NCBI GenBank assembly: GCA_028817855.1
Contig: JAPPOT010000083.1
Coordinates: 1-51,101 of the forward strand
Direction: 5' to 3'
DNA length: 51,101 nucleotides
From: Myxococcales bacterium
GTDB taxonomy: Bacteria; Myxococcota_A; Polyangia; Polyangiales; JAFGIB01
The translations under genes and the position numbers were made by a program. This document shows positions 29,210 through 37,035 of the stretch, piece by piece. Under the pieces are notes generated by a model. That model was not told the DNA's origin. It was given only the letters and a program-made list of their open reading frames with translations, and made no database searches. The number at the start of each line of letters is the position of its first letter. The first letter of the stretch is position 1.

Positions 29210-30055
29210 GTGTCATCAAAACCCAACCTACGTGCAGTGGAGGGCGTCTGGGCCCCGCGAACCAGCGGGTTCTCCGTGAAGACCCATCCGTCGGACGCAC
29301 CAGAGATGATGACTGAGTGGTCAGGTGAGGTCGAAGAGGAGCGGGGCAGTGCCCGCATGGTCGGATGCGTCCCCGTCGAGGAGCTGAGCACCGTCTACCA
29401 GCCGATCGTCGACCTGAAGACGGGCACGCCGTTCGCCTACGAGGTGCTCGCGCGCTGCCGCGTCCCCGGGCTGACGAACCCGGAGATTCTCTTCAAGCGC
29501 GCGGCGGCGGAGCGCTTCTGCGGCCTGCTCGGGCGCACCCTGCGCGAGATCGGCTCCGCGGGTTGCCGCGGGATCCCGCTGTTCCTCAACGTGCACCCGG
29601 CCGAGCTCAGCGACCGCTTCGTGATTCAGCTCGACGATCCGATGTACTCCCACGACGACGACGTCTTCGTGGAGATCACCGAGTCGGTCCCCTTCACGCA
29701 CTACGACCTGTGTGCCTCGATGTTGCGCGAGATGCGAGACCGCGGCGGAGTGCACCTGGTGGTGGACGACCTGGGCGCGGGGTACTCCAATCTCAAGCGC
29801 ATCGCCGACCTGGAGCCGGCGATCGTCAAGCTCGACCGGCACCTGGTCACAAACCTCGATCAGAACCGCCGCCAGCGCATCCTGGTCGCCGCCGTCGTGC
29901 GCATGTGCGTCGACCTCGGCGCACGCGTGGTGGCGGAGGGCCTGGAGACCTGGGACGAGGTGAAGGCCGTCCGCGACTGCGGCTGCCATTACGGCCAGGG
30001 CTACGCCCTGGGGCGTCCCAACGCCGAGGCCAGCGAGCCGATCTGGAAGCTGTGA
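29210..30055 (+). CDS. Stand-alone EAL-domain protein (c-di-GMP phosphodiesterase-like)
   Basis: Motifs YQPIVDL, EVLAR, DDLGAGYS, KLD, AEGLET and QGY. The start is uncertain (GTG 29210, ATG 29306 or ATG 29357). Confidence 0.7.
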   Translation: MSSKPNLRAVEGVWAPRTSGFSVKTHPSDAPEMMTEWSGEVEEERGSARMVGCVPVEELSTVYQPIVDLKTGTPFAYEVLARCRVPGLTNPEILFKRAAAERFCGLLGRTLREIGSAGCRGIPLFLNVHPAELSDRFVIQLDDPMYSHDDDVFVEITESVPFTHYDLCASMLREMRDRGGVHLVVDDLGAGYSNLKRIADLEPAIVKLDRHLVTNLDQNRRQRILVAAVVRMCVDLGARVVAEGLETWDEVKAVRDCGCHYGQGYALGRPNAEASEPIWKL

Positions 30056-30130
30056 TCGGGCCCAAGCGCCTGCCCCGGCGCGCCCGCGGAGCTTTCGTTT
30101 CCCGCGCCCATTCGTGCTAGATCGGGGCCC

Positions 30131-30829
30131 ATGGGTTCTAGCTCTGGAGCGCGCTGCGATGCGCTGATGGCCGTCGTTCGGGCCCACGGCCCGGGACCTG
30201 CGCTGGAGTGGCTGTTGCGCGGGTTGCCGGCGCCGGATGGGGACTTCAACCGGGGGCTCTTCTTCGGCTTCTTCGCGGGTGCCGGACGCCGCTTCGCACG
30301 CGCGGCCGACGGGGACTTCACACCCGCGCCAGGCGAGCTCAGCGCCCTCGAGGCCGCTGGCGTGCAGGTGCCGGCGGCGTTCCGGCTCTCCGACCTGGTG
30401 CGCGCCGCGCTGCTGCTCGCCGCGACCGACGTGCTCCCGCCAGAGGAGCACGTGGGCCTGGTGCGTGAGGCCGTCCTCAAGGGCGATACGGACGAGCGCG
30501 TGGCCGCCCTGCGCGCCCTGTCGCTGCTGCCCAACCCGGCGCGCTTCGTCGAGCTCGCCATCGACTCCTGCCGCAGCCACGTTCAGGACGTCTTCGAAGC
30601 GGTCGCCTGCGACAACCCCTATCCGGCGGCCCACTTTCCCGAGGCCAGCTTCAACCAGCTGGTGATGAAGGCCCTCTTCACCGAGGTGCCCCTAGACCGT
30701 GTGTTCGACTGGCGCTCGCGCAACAATGCCGAGCTCGCGCGCATGGCGGGCGACTACGAGGCCGAGCGCCGGGCGGCCGGGCGCTCGGTGCCGGGCGACA
30801 TCGGCAGCATCCAGGAGACCAATCCATGA
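30131..30829 (+). CDS. eboA: EboA-like protein (first gene of the ebo/EDB-type cluster)
   Basis: 232 aa, helical, no catalytic motif recognised. Assigned from its size and position immediately upstream of, and overlapping (ATGA), the TatD-like gene of an otherwise complete ebo gene set. Confidence 0.5.
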   Translation: MGSSSGARCDALMAVVRAHGPGPALEWLLRGLPAPDGDFNRGLFFGFFAGAGRRFARAADGDFTPAPGELSALEAAGVQVPAAFRLSDLVRAALLLAATDVLPPEEHVGLVREAVLKGDTDERVAALRALSLLPNPARFVELAIDSCRSHVQDVFEAVACDNPYPAAHFPEASFNQLVMKALFTEVPLDRVFDWRSRNNAELARMAGDYEAERRAAGRSVPGDIGSIQETNP

Positions 30830-31725
30830 AGATGTTCGACCCTCACATCCACATGACCTCGCGCACGACCGACGACTACGCGGCCATGGCGGAGGCGGGG
30901 ATCGTGGCGGTGGTGGAGCCGGCCTTCTGGCTGGGGCAGCCGCGCACGCACGTGGGTAGCTTCGAGGACTACTTCCTCTCGCTGACCGGCTGGGAGCGCT
31001 TCCGCGCGGCCCAGTTCGGCATTCGCCACTTCTGCACGATGGCGCTCAACCCCAAGGAGGCCAACAATCCGGATGTGGCCCAGGGCGTGATCGATCTGCT
31101 GCCGCGCTACCTGGAGAAGGACTCGGTGGTGGCCGTCGGGGAGATCGGTTTCGACGACATGACCCCCGAGGAGGACACATACTTCGTGCAGCAGATGGAG
31201 TTGGCGCGTACCTTCGACCTGCCGGTGCTCATCCACACGCCGCACCGCGACAAGAAGCGCGGCACAGAGCACACCATCAAGATGGTCAAGGAGCTCGACT
31301 TCCCCGAGCACCTGGTGCTGATCGATCACAACAACGAGGAGACGCTTCCGCTGGTGCTCGAGACCGGCTGCTACGCCGGTCACTCGATCTACCCGCACAC
31401 CAAGATGGACGAGGTGCGCATGGCGATGCTGGTCAAGAAGTACGGCGGCGAGCGCATCATCATCAACAGCGCCGCCGACTGGGGCGTGGCCGACCCGCTC
31501 AAGGTGCCCAAGACCGTCCACGCCATGCGCGACTTGGGTGTGAGCGAGCCCGAGATCGAGAAGATCGTGTGGCATAACCCAATCGCCTTCTTCGGCCAGA
31601 GCGGACGCCTCGACATGGGTGCCGATTCCGAGCTGCTGCCGCGCGATCAGCGCGAGCTCTTCGAGGGCAATTCGGTCCTGCGTGGCCAGACGCCCGTGGT
31701 CGACGAGGGCGGGGTCGAAGAGTGA
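30826..31725 (+). CDS. eboB: TatD-family metal-dependent hydrolase (EboB-type)
   Basis: 299 aa. N-terminal MFDPHIHM metal-binding motif and amidohydrolase-fold pattern (IGFDD, IHTPH, DH). Confidence 0.7.
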   Translation: MKMFDPHIHMTSRTTDDYAAMAEAGIVAVVEPAFWLGQPRTHVGSFEDYFLSLTGWERFRAAQFGIRHFCTMALNPKEANNPDVAQGVIDLLPRYLEKDSVVAVGEIGFDDMTPEEDTYFVQQMELARTFDLPVLIHTPHRDKKRGTEHTIKMVKELDFPEHLVLIDHNNEETLPLVLETGCYAGHSIYPHTKMDEVRMAMLVKKYGGERIIINSAADWGVADPLKVPKTVHAMRDLGVSEPEIEKIVWHNPIAFFGQSGRLDMGADSELLPRDQRELFEGNSVLRGQTPVVDEGGVEE

Positions 31726-31758
31726 CGCGAGCCTGAACCCCGCAGCGAGCTTCCGCGC

Positions 31759-33141
31759 ATGCACCGCACCCTCGTTGTCGACATCGTCGGGCTCACGCCC
31801 GAGCTGATCGGCGAGCACACCCCGAACCTGAAGGCCTTCGCCGAGCGCGGTGGCATGCGGCCGATGTCCGCCATCACGCCGGCCGTGACCTGCAGCGCCC
31901 AGTCCACGATGGTGACCGGGGGACTTCCGCGTGACCACGGCATCGTGGCCAACGGCTGGTACTTCCGCGACCAGGCCGAGGTCTGGCTGTGGCGCCAGTC
32001 CAATCGCCTGGTCGCGGGCGAGAAGATCTGGGAAGCTGCCAAGCGCCGCGACCCGGACTTCACCTGCGCCAAGCACTTCTGGTGGTACAACATGTACTCC
32101 AGCGCGGACATCTCGGCGACGCCACGACCGCAGTACTACGCGGACGGGCGAAAGGGGCCGGACATCTACACCCACCCGCCCGAGCTGCGTGACGAGCTGC
32201 AGCGGCGCTTCGGGCAGTTTCCGCTCTTCAACTTCTGGGGCCCGAACGCCAACATTGCCTCGAGCGAGTGGATCGCGAAGACCGCGCGCCACGTCTACGA
32301 CTCGCGCGTGCCGACGCTGACGATGGTCTACCTGCCGCACCTGGACTACTGCCTGCAGAAGTTCGGGCCGAGCGGGGACAACGCCGCGGAGCTGCGGGCG
32401 ATCGACGCGGTCGCGGGCGAGCTCATCGATCACGCCATGCAGCAGGGCACGCGCGTGATCGTCTGCTCCGAGTACGGCATTACCGACGTCAGCGGCCCCG
32501 TGCACATCAACAGGGCGCTGCGGCAGGCGGGGCTGATCGCGGTGCGCGAGGAGCGGGGCGGCGAGCTGCTCGATCCCGGCGCCTCGGAGGCCTTCGCGCT
32601 GTCGGATCATCAGATCGCGCACGTCTACGTGAAGCGCCCGGAGCGGATCGAAGAGGTGCGGGCGCTGCTCGAGGGCCTTGACGGCGTCGAGTCGGTCTGG
32701 GGCGCGGAGGGCAAGCGCGAGCACGGCCTCGACCACCCGCGCTCGGGAGAGCTGGTGGCGATCAGCGCGCCCGACCGCTGGTTCACCTATTACTACTTCC
32801 TCGACGACGACCGGGCGCCGGACTTCGCGCGGCTGGTGGAAATCCATCGCAAGCCCGGCTACGACCCGGTCGAGATGTTCGTCGACCCGAAGATCGCGCT
32901 GCCGCCGCTCGCAGTGGGCTGGCGCCTGCTGAAGAAGATGCTCGGCTTCCGTATGCTGATGGACGTGATCCCGCTCGACGCCAGTCTGGTGAAGGGCAGC
33001 CACGGGCGGCTCACCGACCGCGCCGAGCAGGGGCCCGTGTTCATGACCAGCGAGCCGGAGCTGGTGGAGGGCGAGCCGGCGGTGGAGGCGACCGCGTTCA
33101 AGCAGCTGGTGCTCGATCACCTCTTCGGCAGGGACGGCTAG
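31759..33141 (+). CDS. eboF: Alkaline-phosphatase-superfamily nucleotide pyrophosphatase/phosphodiesterase (EboF-type)
   Basis: 460 aa. TPNLKAF...PAVTCSAQSTMVTGGLPRDHGIVANGW is characteristic of type I phosphodiesterase/NPP proteins. Confidence 0.7.
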   Translation: MHRTLVVDIVGLTPELIGEHTPNLKAFAERGGMRPMSAITPAVTCSAQSTMVTGGLPRDHGIVANGWYFRDQAEVWLWRQSNRLVAGEKIWEAAKRRDPDFTCAKHFWWYNMYSSADISATPRPQYYADGRKGPDIYTHPPELRDELQRRFGQFPLFNFWGPNANIASSEWIAKTARHVYDSRVPTLTMVYLPHLDYCLQKFGPSGDNAAELRAIDAVAGELIDHAMQQGTRVIVCSEYGITDVSGPVHINRALRQAGLIAVREERGGELLDPGASEAFALSDHQIAHVYVKRPERIEEVRALLEGLDGVESVWGAEGKREHGLDHPRSGELVAISAPDRWFTYYYFLDDDRAPDFARLVEIHRKPGYDPVEMFVDPKIALPPLAVGWRLLKKMLGFRMLMDVIPLDASLVKGSHGRLTDRAEQGPVFMTSEPELVEGEPAVEATAFKQLVLDHLFGRDG

Positions 33142-33144
33142 CCG

Positions 33145-34635
33145 GTGCTGCTCTCGGCCCGGGACCTGGAGGATGGGGCGCGGCTCTCCGCCGATGTCTG
33201 CATCGCCGGCGCGGGCGCGGCGGGCATCACCCTGGCGCGGGATCTGATCGACAGCGGCCTCGACGTGATCGTGCTCGCCGGCGGCGGCGTGCAACCCGAG
33301 GACGCCGACCAGGAGCTCTACCAGGGGACGACCAGCGGGCTGCAGGCCTTCACGCTGGAGGAGCACCGGCTGCGGGCCTTCGGGGGCAGCACGCACCTGT
33401 GGTCGGGCTGGTGTCGGCCCATGGGCGCGGAGGACTTCGTCGCGCGTGAGTACATCCCGGGTAGCGGGTGGCCGCTCGACCGCGAGGCGCTCGACCCGTA
33501 CTACGCGCGGGCTCACCAGACCCTGGAGCTGGGCGCTTTCGACTACGACGCGGCGCGGTTGGCCGAGCGCAGCGGGCGGCCGCTGCTACCGCTGGCGGGC
33601 GATGCCGGCACGGAGATCTTCCAGTACAGCACGCCGACGCGCATGCACAGCCGCTACGGCGCCGAGCTCGAGGCGGCCGAGGGCGTGCGCGTCTACGAGC
33701 ACGGGCACCTGGCCGACATCGTCGCCGGCGTGACCGGCGTCGGTGAGCTGGCCTGCGCCACCCTGGAGGGCACGAGCTTCACGGTCGAAGCGGGGCGCTT
33801 CGTGCTCGCGCTCGGCGGCATGGAGAACGCGCGCATGCTGCTGGCCGCCGACGATGGCCGCGGCGTCGCCAATGGCAGCGGGCAGGTCGGCGTCGGCTTC
33901 ATGGAGCACCCCCACTACTACCGCTCGACCGCGATTCTGCTCGCGGAGGCGGCCGACGTGGACTTCTACTCGCGCTTCGAGGTGGACACGCGGGTGGCCG
34001 ACGACGATCCCGAGGCGAGCGTGCGCGTGATGGGGGTGCTGGCGCTGTCGGCCGCGGCGCGCGAGCGCGAGGGCCTGCCTGCCTTCCTCGGTCAGCTGGT
34101 CGCGGCGGATCTGGAGGAGGACGCCGAGCGCACGGGCGAGCTTGGCCCGCTGGGCGTGGCGGAGCTCCTACCCGGGCGCGAGGCCCGCGGCATGCTGTTG
34201 ATGACCTGTCGCGTGGAGCAGACGCGGCACCCGGACAGCCGGCTGACCCTGATCGATCAGCGCGACGCGCTCGGTGTGCCGCGCCTGAACCTCAACTGGG
34301 CGATCGACGCGCGGGACGACCGCGCGCTGACGCGCTCCCTGACGCTGTTGGGCGCTGAGGTCGCGCGCGCGGGCCTCGGACGGCTGTGGCTGCCCGAGCG
34401 TTCCGGCGCGTTTCGGGGCACCCCCCGCGGGGGGTGCCACCACATCGGCACCACCCGCATGGGCAGCGACCCGGACAGAGGGGTGGTGGACGGCGATTGC
34501 CGCAGCTTCGAGCTCGACAACCTGTACGTGGCCGGCAGCTCCCTCTTCCCGACCAGCGGCGCAGCCAATCCGACGCTGACCATCGTCGCGCTCGCCCACC
34601 GCCTGGCCGATCACCTGAAGGAGTCGGCCCCATGA
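33145..34635 (+). CDS. GMC-family FAD-dependent oxidoreductase
   Basis: 496 aa, GTG start 3 nt after the eboF stop. FAD motif DVCIAGAGAAGITLA, C-terminal HHIGTTRMG...NLYVAGSSLFPTSGAANPTLT. Confidence 0.8.
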   Translation: MLLSARDLEDGARLSADVCIAGAGAAGITLARDLIDSGLDVIVLAGGGVQPEDADQELYQGTTSGLQAFTLEEHRLRAFGGSTHLWSGWCRPMGAEDFVAREYIPGSGWPLDREALDPYYARAHQTLELGAFDYDAARLAERSGRPLLPLAGDAGTEIFQYSTPTRMHSRYGAELEAAEGVRVYEHGHLADIVAGVTGVGELACATLEGTSFTVEAGRFVLALGGMENARMLLAADDGRGVANGSGQVGVGFMEHPHYYRSTAILLAEAADVDFYSRFEVDTRVADDDPEASVRVMGVLALSAAAREREGLPAFLGQLVAADLEEDAERTGELGPLGVAELLPGREARGMLLMTCRVEQTRHPDSRLTLIDQRDALGVPRLNLNWAIDARDDRALTRSLTLLGAEVARAGLGRLWLPERSGAFRGTPRGGCHHIGTTRMGSDPDRGVVDGDCRSFELDNLYVAGSSLFPTSGAANPTLTIVALAHRLADHLKESAP

Positions 34636-35075
34636 GCGCCGCGCTGCGACGGCGCCTGCTGTCCCGCCGCGAGTGGCTCGAGGGGGCGCTCGCGACCGCG
34701 CTGCTGCCGTGGCTCAGCACGCTCGGCTGCGGCGATGACACGGGATCTGGGGACACGTCCGGTGACACGGACGGTGGCGCTGTGACGCCGGGCTTCGACG
34801 CGAGCGTGCCAGCCGCGGCCGAGGCGTCGCTCGAGGAGCTCTTCTCGGACGCGGAGCGGGCAGCCATCGTCGCCATCGGCGAGGCGCGTCTGCGCGAGCT
34901 GGGCGAAGATGGCGCGTCGCTGGAACAGACCCTCGCCGCGATCGATGGCCTCGACCCTGGCGCCCTGGGCGACGGCATCCAGGACGACTTCGAGCACGGC
35001 CGCGTCGTGCGCGTGGCGGGCTGGGTGCTGTCGCGCACCGAGGCGGACCTCTGCGCGCTCTACGCCCTGCTGTGA
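34632..35075 (+). CDS. Twin-arginine-signal lipoprotein, small partner subunit of the GMC oxidoreductase (gluconate 2-dehydrogenase subunit 3-like)
   Basis: 147 aa from ATG 34632, overlapping the GMC stop (ATGA). RRRLLSRREWL Tat motif followed by lipobox LSTLGC. Confidence 0.55.
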   Translation: MSAALRRRLLSRREWLEGALATALLPWLSTLGCGDDTGSGDTSGDTDGGAVTPGFDASVPAAAEASLEELFSDAERAAIVAIGEARLRELGEDGASLEQTLAAIDGLDPGALGDGIQDDFEHGRVVRVAGWVLSRTEADLCALYALL

Positions 35076-35124
35076 CGACAAGCTGGCATTTGTCGTGCGA
35101 ACGTGACAGGAGCCTAGGATCGGG

Positions 35125-37035
35125 ATGTCGCCATCGAGCGAGTCGGTGCTGCAGCCAACGGGCCAGGTCTGGACCGCCTACGGGCAGGCGCTCGCGCAGG
35201 CCTGGCCGCGGATGCTGCTTGGCCTGCTGGCGGGCGCGGCGGTCGCGCTGCTGTGGCGGCGCCTTCGGGCCCGCCGGGGCGGCATCGCGGGGCGCGCCCA
35301 GCACGCTGCCGCGCCGCTCCTGCTCCTGGCCGTGGCCGGCTTCGGCCTGACGCGTGTGATCGACCGCGCGGCGGTCTTCGACGATGCCTACATCTCCTTG
35401 CGCTACGCCTGGAACCTGGCGGAGGGCCACGGCCTGGTCTTCAACCTGGGCGAGCGCGTCGAAGGCTACACGAATTTCCTGTGGACGTTGCTGCTTGCTG
35501 CCGCCATCCGGATCAGCGACGTGGAGCCTCCGCTGCTTGCGCTGTGGGGCTGCGTGGGCATCTACCTCTCGAACCTGCTGGTCGTCTATCGCATGGGGCG
35601 CGAGCTCGACGACGGCGATGCCGGTGGCGGGCTCCACGTGCCGGTCGCGGTGCTGCTCCTGGCGCTGCAGCCGGTCTTCGTCAGCTACGGCACGTCCGGC
35701 CTCGAGACCGGGTTGGCCAGCCTGCTCGTGAACCTGGGCGTGCTCACCCTGATGCGCGCCGGGGGCGCGGGCGCCACCGCGCTCGCGGGGCTGTGGCTGA
35801 TTCTGGCGACGCTGACCCGCCCGGACCATGCCCTCTTCTACGCCACCGGCTCCCTCGTCGTGCTGGTCTCCCACGGCCCCGCCGCCCTGCGCGCGCGCGC
35901 GGACGGCTGGAGCGGCCTGTGGCGCGGTGGCCTGCGCCCGATGGCTGCCTACGCCGCGCCGTTCGCGCTCTATCTCGCCTACCTGATCTGGAAGCAGGGC
36001 TACTACGGCGACATCCTGCCCAACACCTACTACGCGAAGTCCGCCGACCGCGCCTACTGGTCGCAGGGGATCGCCTACGTCACCGAGTTCTTCCTCTCGA
36101 GCCAGCTGTGGCTGACCGCGCCACTCGCGTTGTCGTGGCTCTGGCTGCCGGCGCGCACGACGGCTGCCCGCCGCTTCCGCCTCTTCGCCCTGGTGATCGT
36201 CCCGCTCTACACCTTCTACGTGGCCCAGGTGGGCGACTTCATGCGCGGGCGCTTCTTCGTGTCCCTGCTGCCGCTGATCTTGCTGGGCCTGCAGCACGCG
36301 CTGATGGGATGGCTCGAGCCCCCGGGGCGCCGGGCGCTGCTGGCGAGTGCGCTTGCCGGCGGCCTGCTGGCGGTTACGCTGACGGACGTGGACGTGATTG
36401 GCGAGCGCAAGGTGCGCTGGGGCATCGCCGACGAGAGCGACTTCTACCAGGTCGTGGCCTGGGACCCGATCGAGATCGACCACTTCAACTTCCGCGTCGC
36501 AAAGGTCCTCGAGCGGATCGCCGAGACCGGTCAGGAGCTGCGCATCGCGAACAAGACGGTCGGCATGATCGGCTACTACGCGCGCTCCTACGTGCTCGAC
36601 CGGCGCGGGCTCACCGATGCCCACGTGGCGCACCTGCCGCTGCGCAAGCGCGGTCGGCCGGGGCACGAGAAGCTCGCCGGCGACCGCTACGTGCGCAGCC
36701 GGCAGGTCCACTTCATCGATGGCGGCCACCACCCGAAGTGGTTCGGGCGCACCGGGCGCATCCGCTGGGGCGCGGGGACCGGCCGCCGGGTGTGGCACAT
36801 CTATCGTTACGATCGCGACCTGATGGCTGCGATTCGCGAGCTCGACATGGGCGTGCGCTTCACGGACTTCGAGCGCTACCTGGACCGCTACCTGGCGCGG
36901 CTCGAGCGCAAGGATCCGGCGCGCGTGCGACGCGAGCTCGAGTGGTTCAAGCGCTACTACTTCGACCACAACGACGACCCGGCGCGCCTGGCGAAGCTGC
37001 AGGCGCACGCCGGGCGGGCAGGTGCGAAGCCATGA
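35125..37035 (+). CDS. GT-C-like polytopic membrane protein (putative lipid-linked-donor glycosyltransferase) with a soluble C-terminal domain
   Basis: 636 aa with many TM segments over about 430 aa. Acidic DDAYISLRY...GERVEGYTNFLW motif directly after the first TM helix, as in GT-C first-loop catalytic motifs. Confidence 0.4.
   Translation: MSPSSESVLQPTGQVWTAYGQALAQAWPRMLLGLLAGAAVALLWRRLRARRGGIAGRAQHAAAPLLLLAVAGFGLTRVIDRAAVFDDAYISLRYAWNLAEGHGLVFNLGERVEGYTNFLWTLLLAAAIRISDVEPPLLALWGCVGIYLSNLLVVYRMGRELDDGDAGGGLHVPVAVLLLALQPVFVSYGTSGLETGLASLLVNLGVLTLMRAGGAGATALAGLWLILATLTRPDHALFYATGSLVVLVSHGPAALRARADGWSGLWRGGLRPMAAYAAPFALYLAYLIWKQGYYGDILPNTYYAKSADRAYWSQGIAYVTEFFLSSQLWLTAPLALSWLWLPARTTAARRFRLFALVIVPLYTFYVAQVGDFMRGRFFVSLLPLILLGLQHALMGWLEPPGRRALLASALAGGLLAVTLTDVDVIGERKVRWGIADESDFYQVVAWDPIEIDHFNFRVAKVLERIAETGQELRIANKTVGMIGYYARSYVLDRRGLTDAHVAHLPLRKRGRPGHEKLAGDRYVRSRQVHFIDGGHHPKWFGRTGRIRWGAGTGRRVWHIYRYDRDLMAAIRELDMGVRFTDFERYLDRYLARLERKDPARVRRELEWFKRYYFDHNDDPARLAKLQAHAGRAGAKP

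Noticed and set aside
30754-33516. Very long antisense ORFs throughout the window, for example 920 aa at 30754-33516, 949 aa at 44589-47438, 814 aa at 38887-41331, 764 aa at 34714-37008, 655 aa at 47317-49284 and 481 aa at 674-2119.
   Set aside because: They are Arg/Ala/Gly/Pro-rich with no recognisable motifs. They lie exactly opposite genes that have clear family signatures. These are the shadow ORFs expected in ~70% GC DNA.
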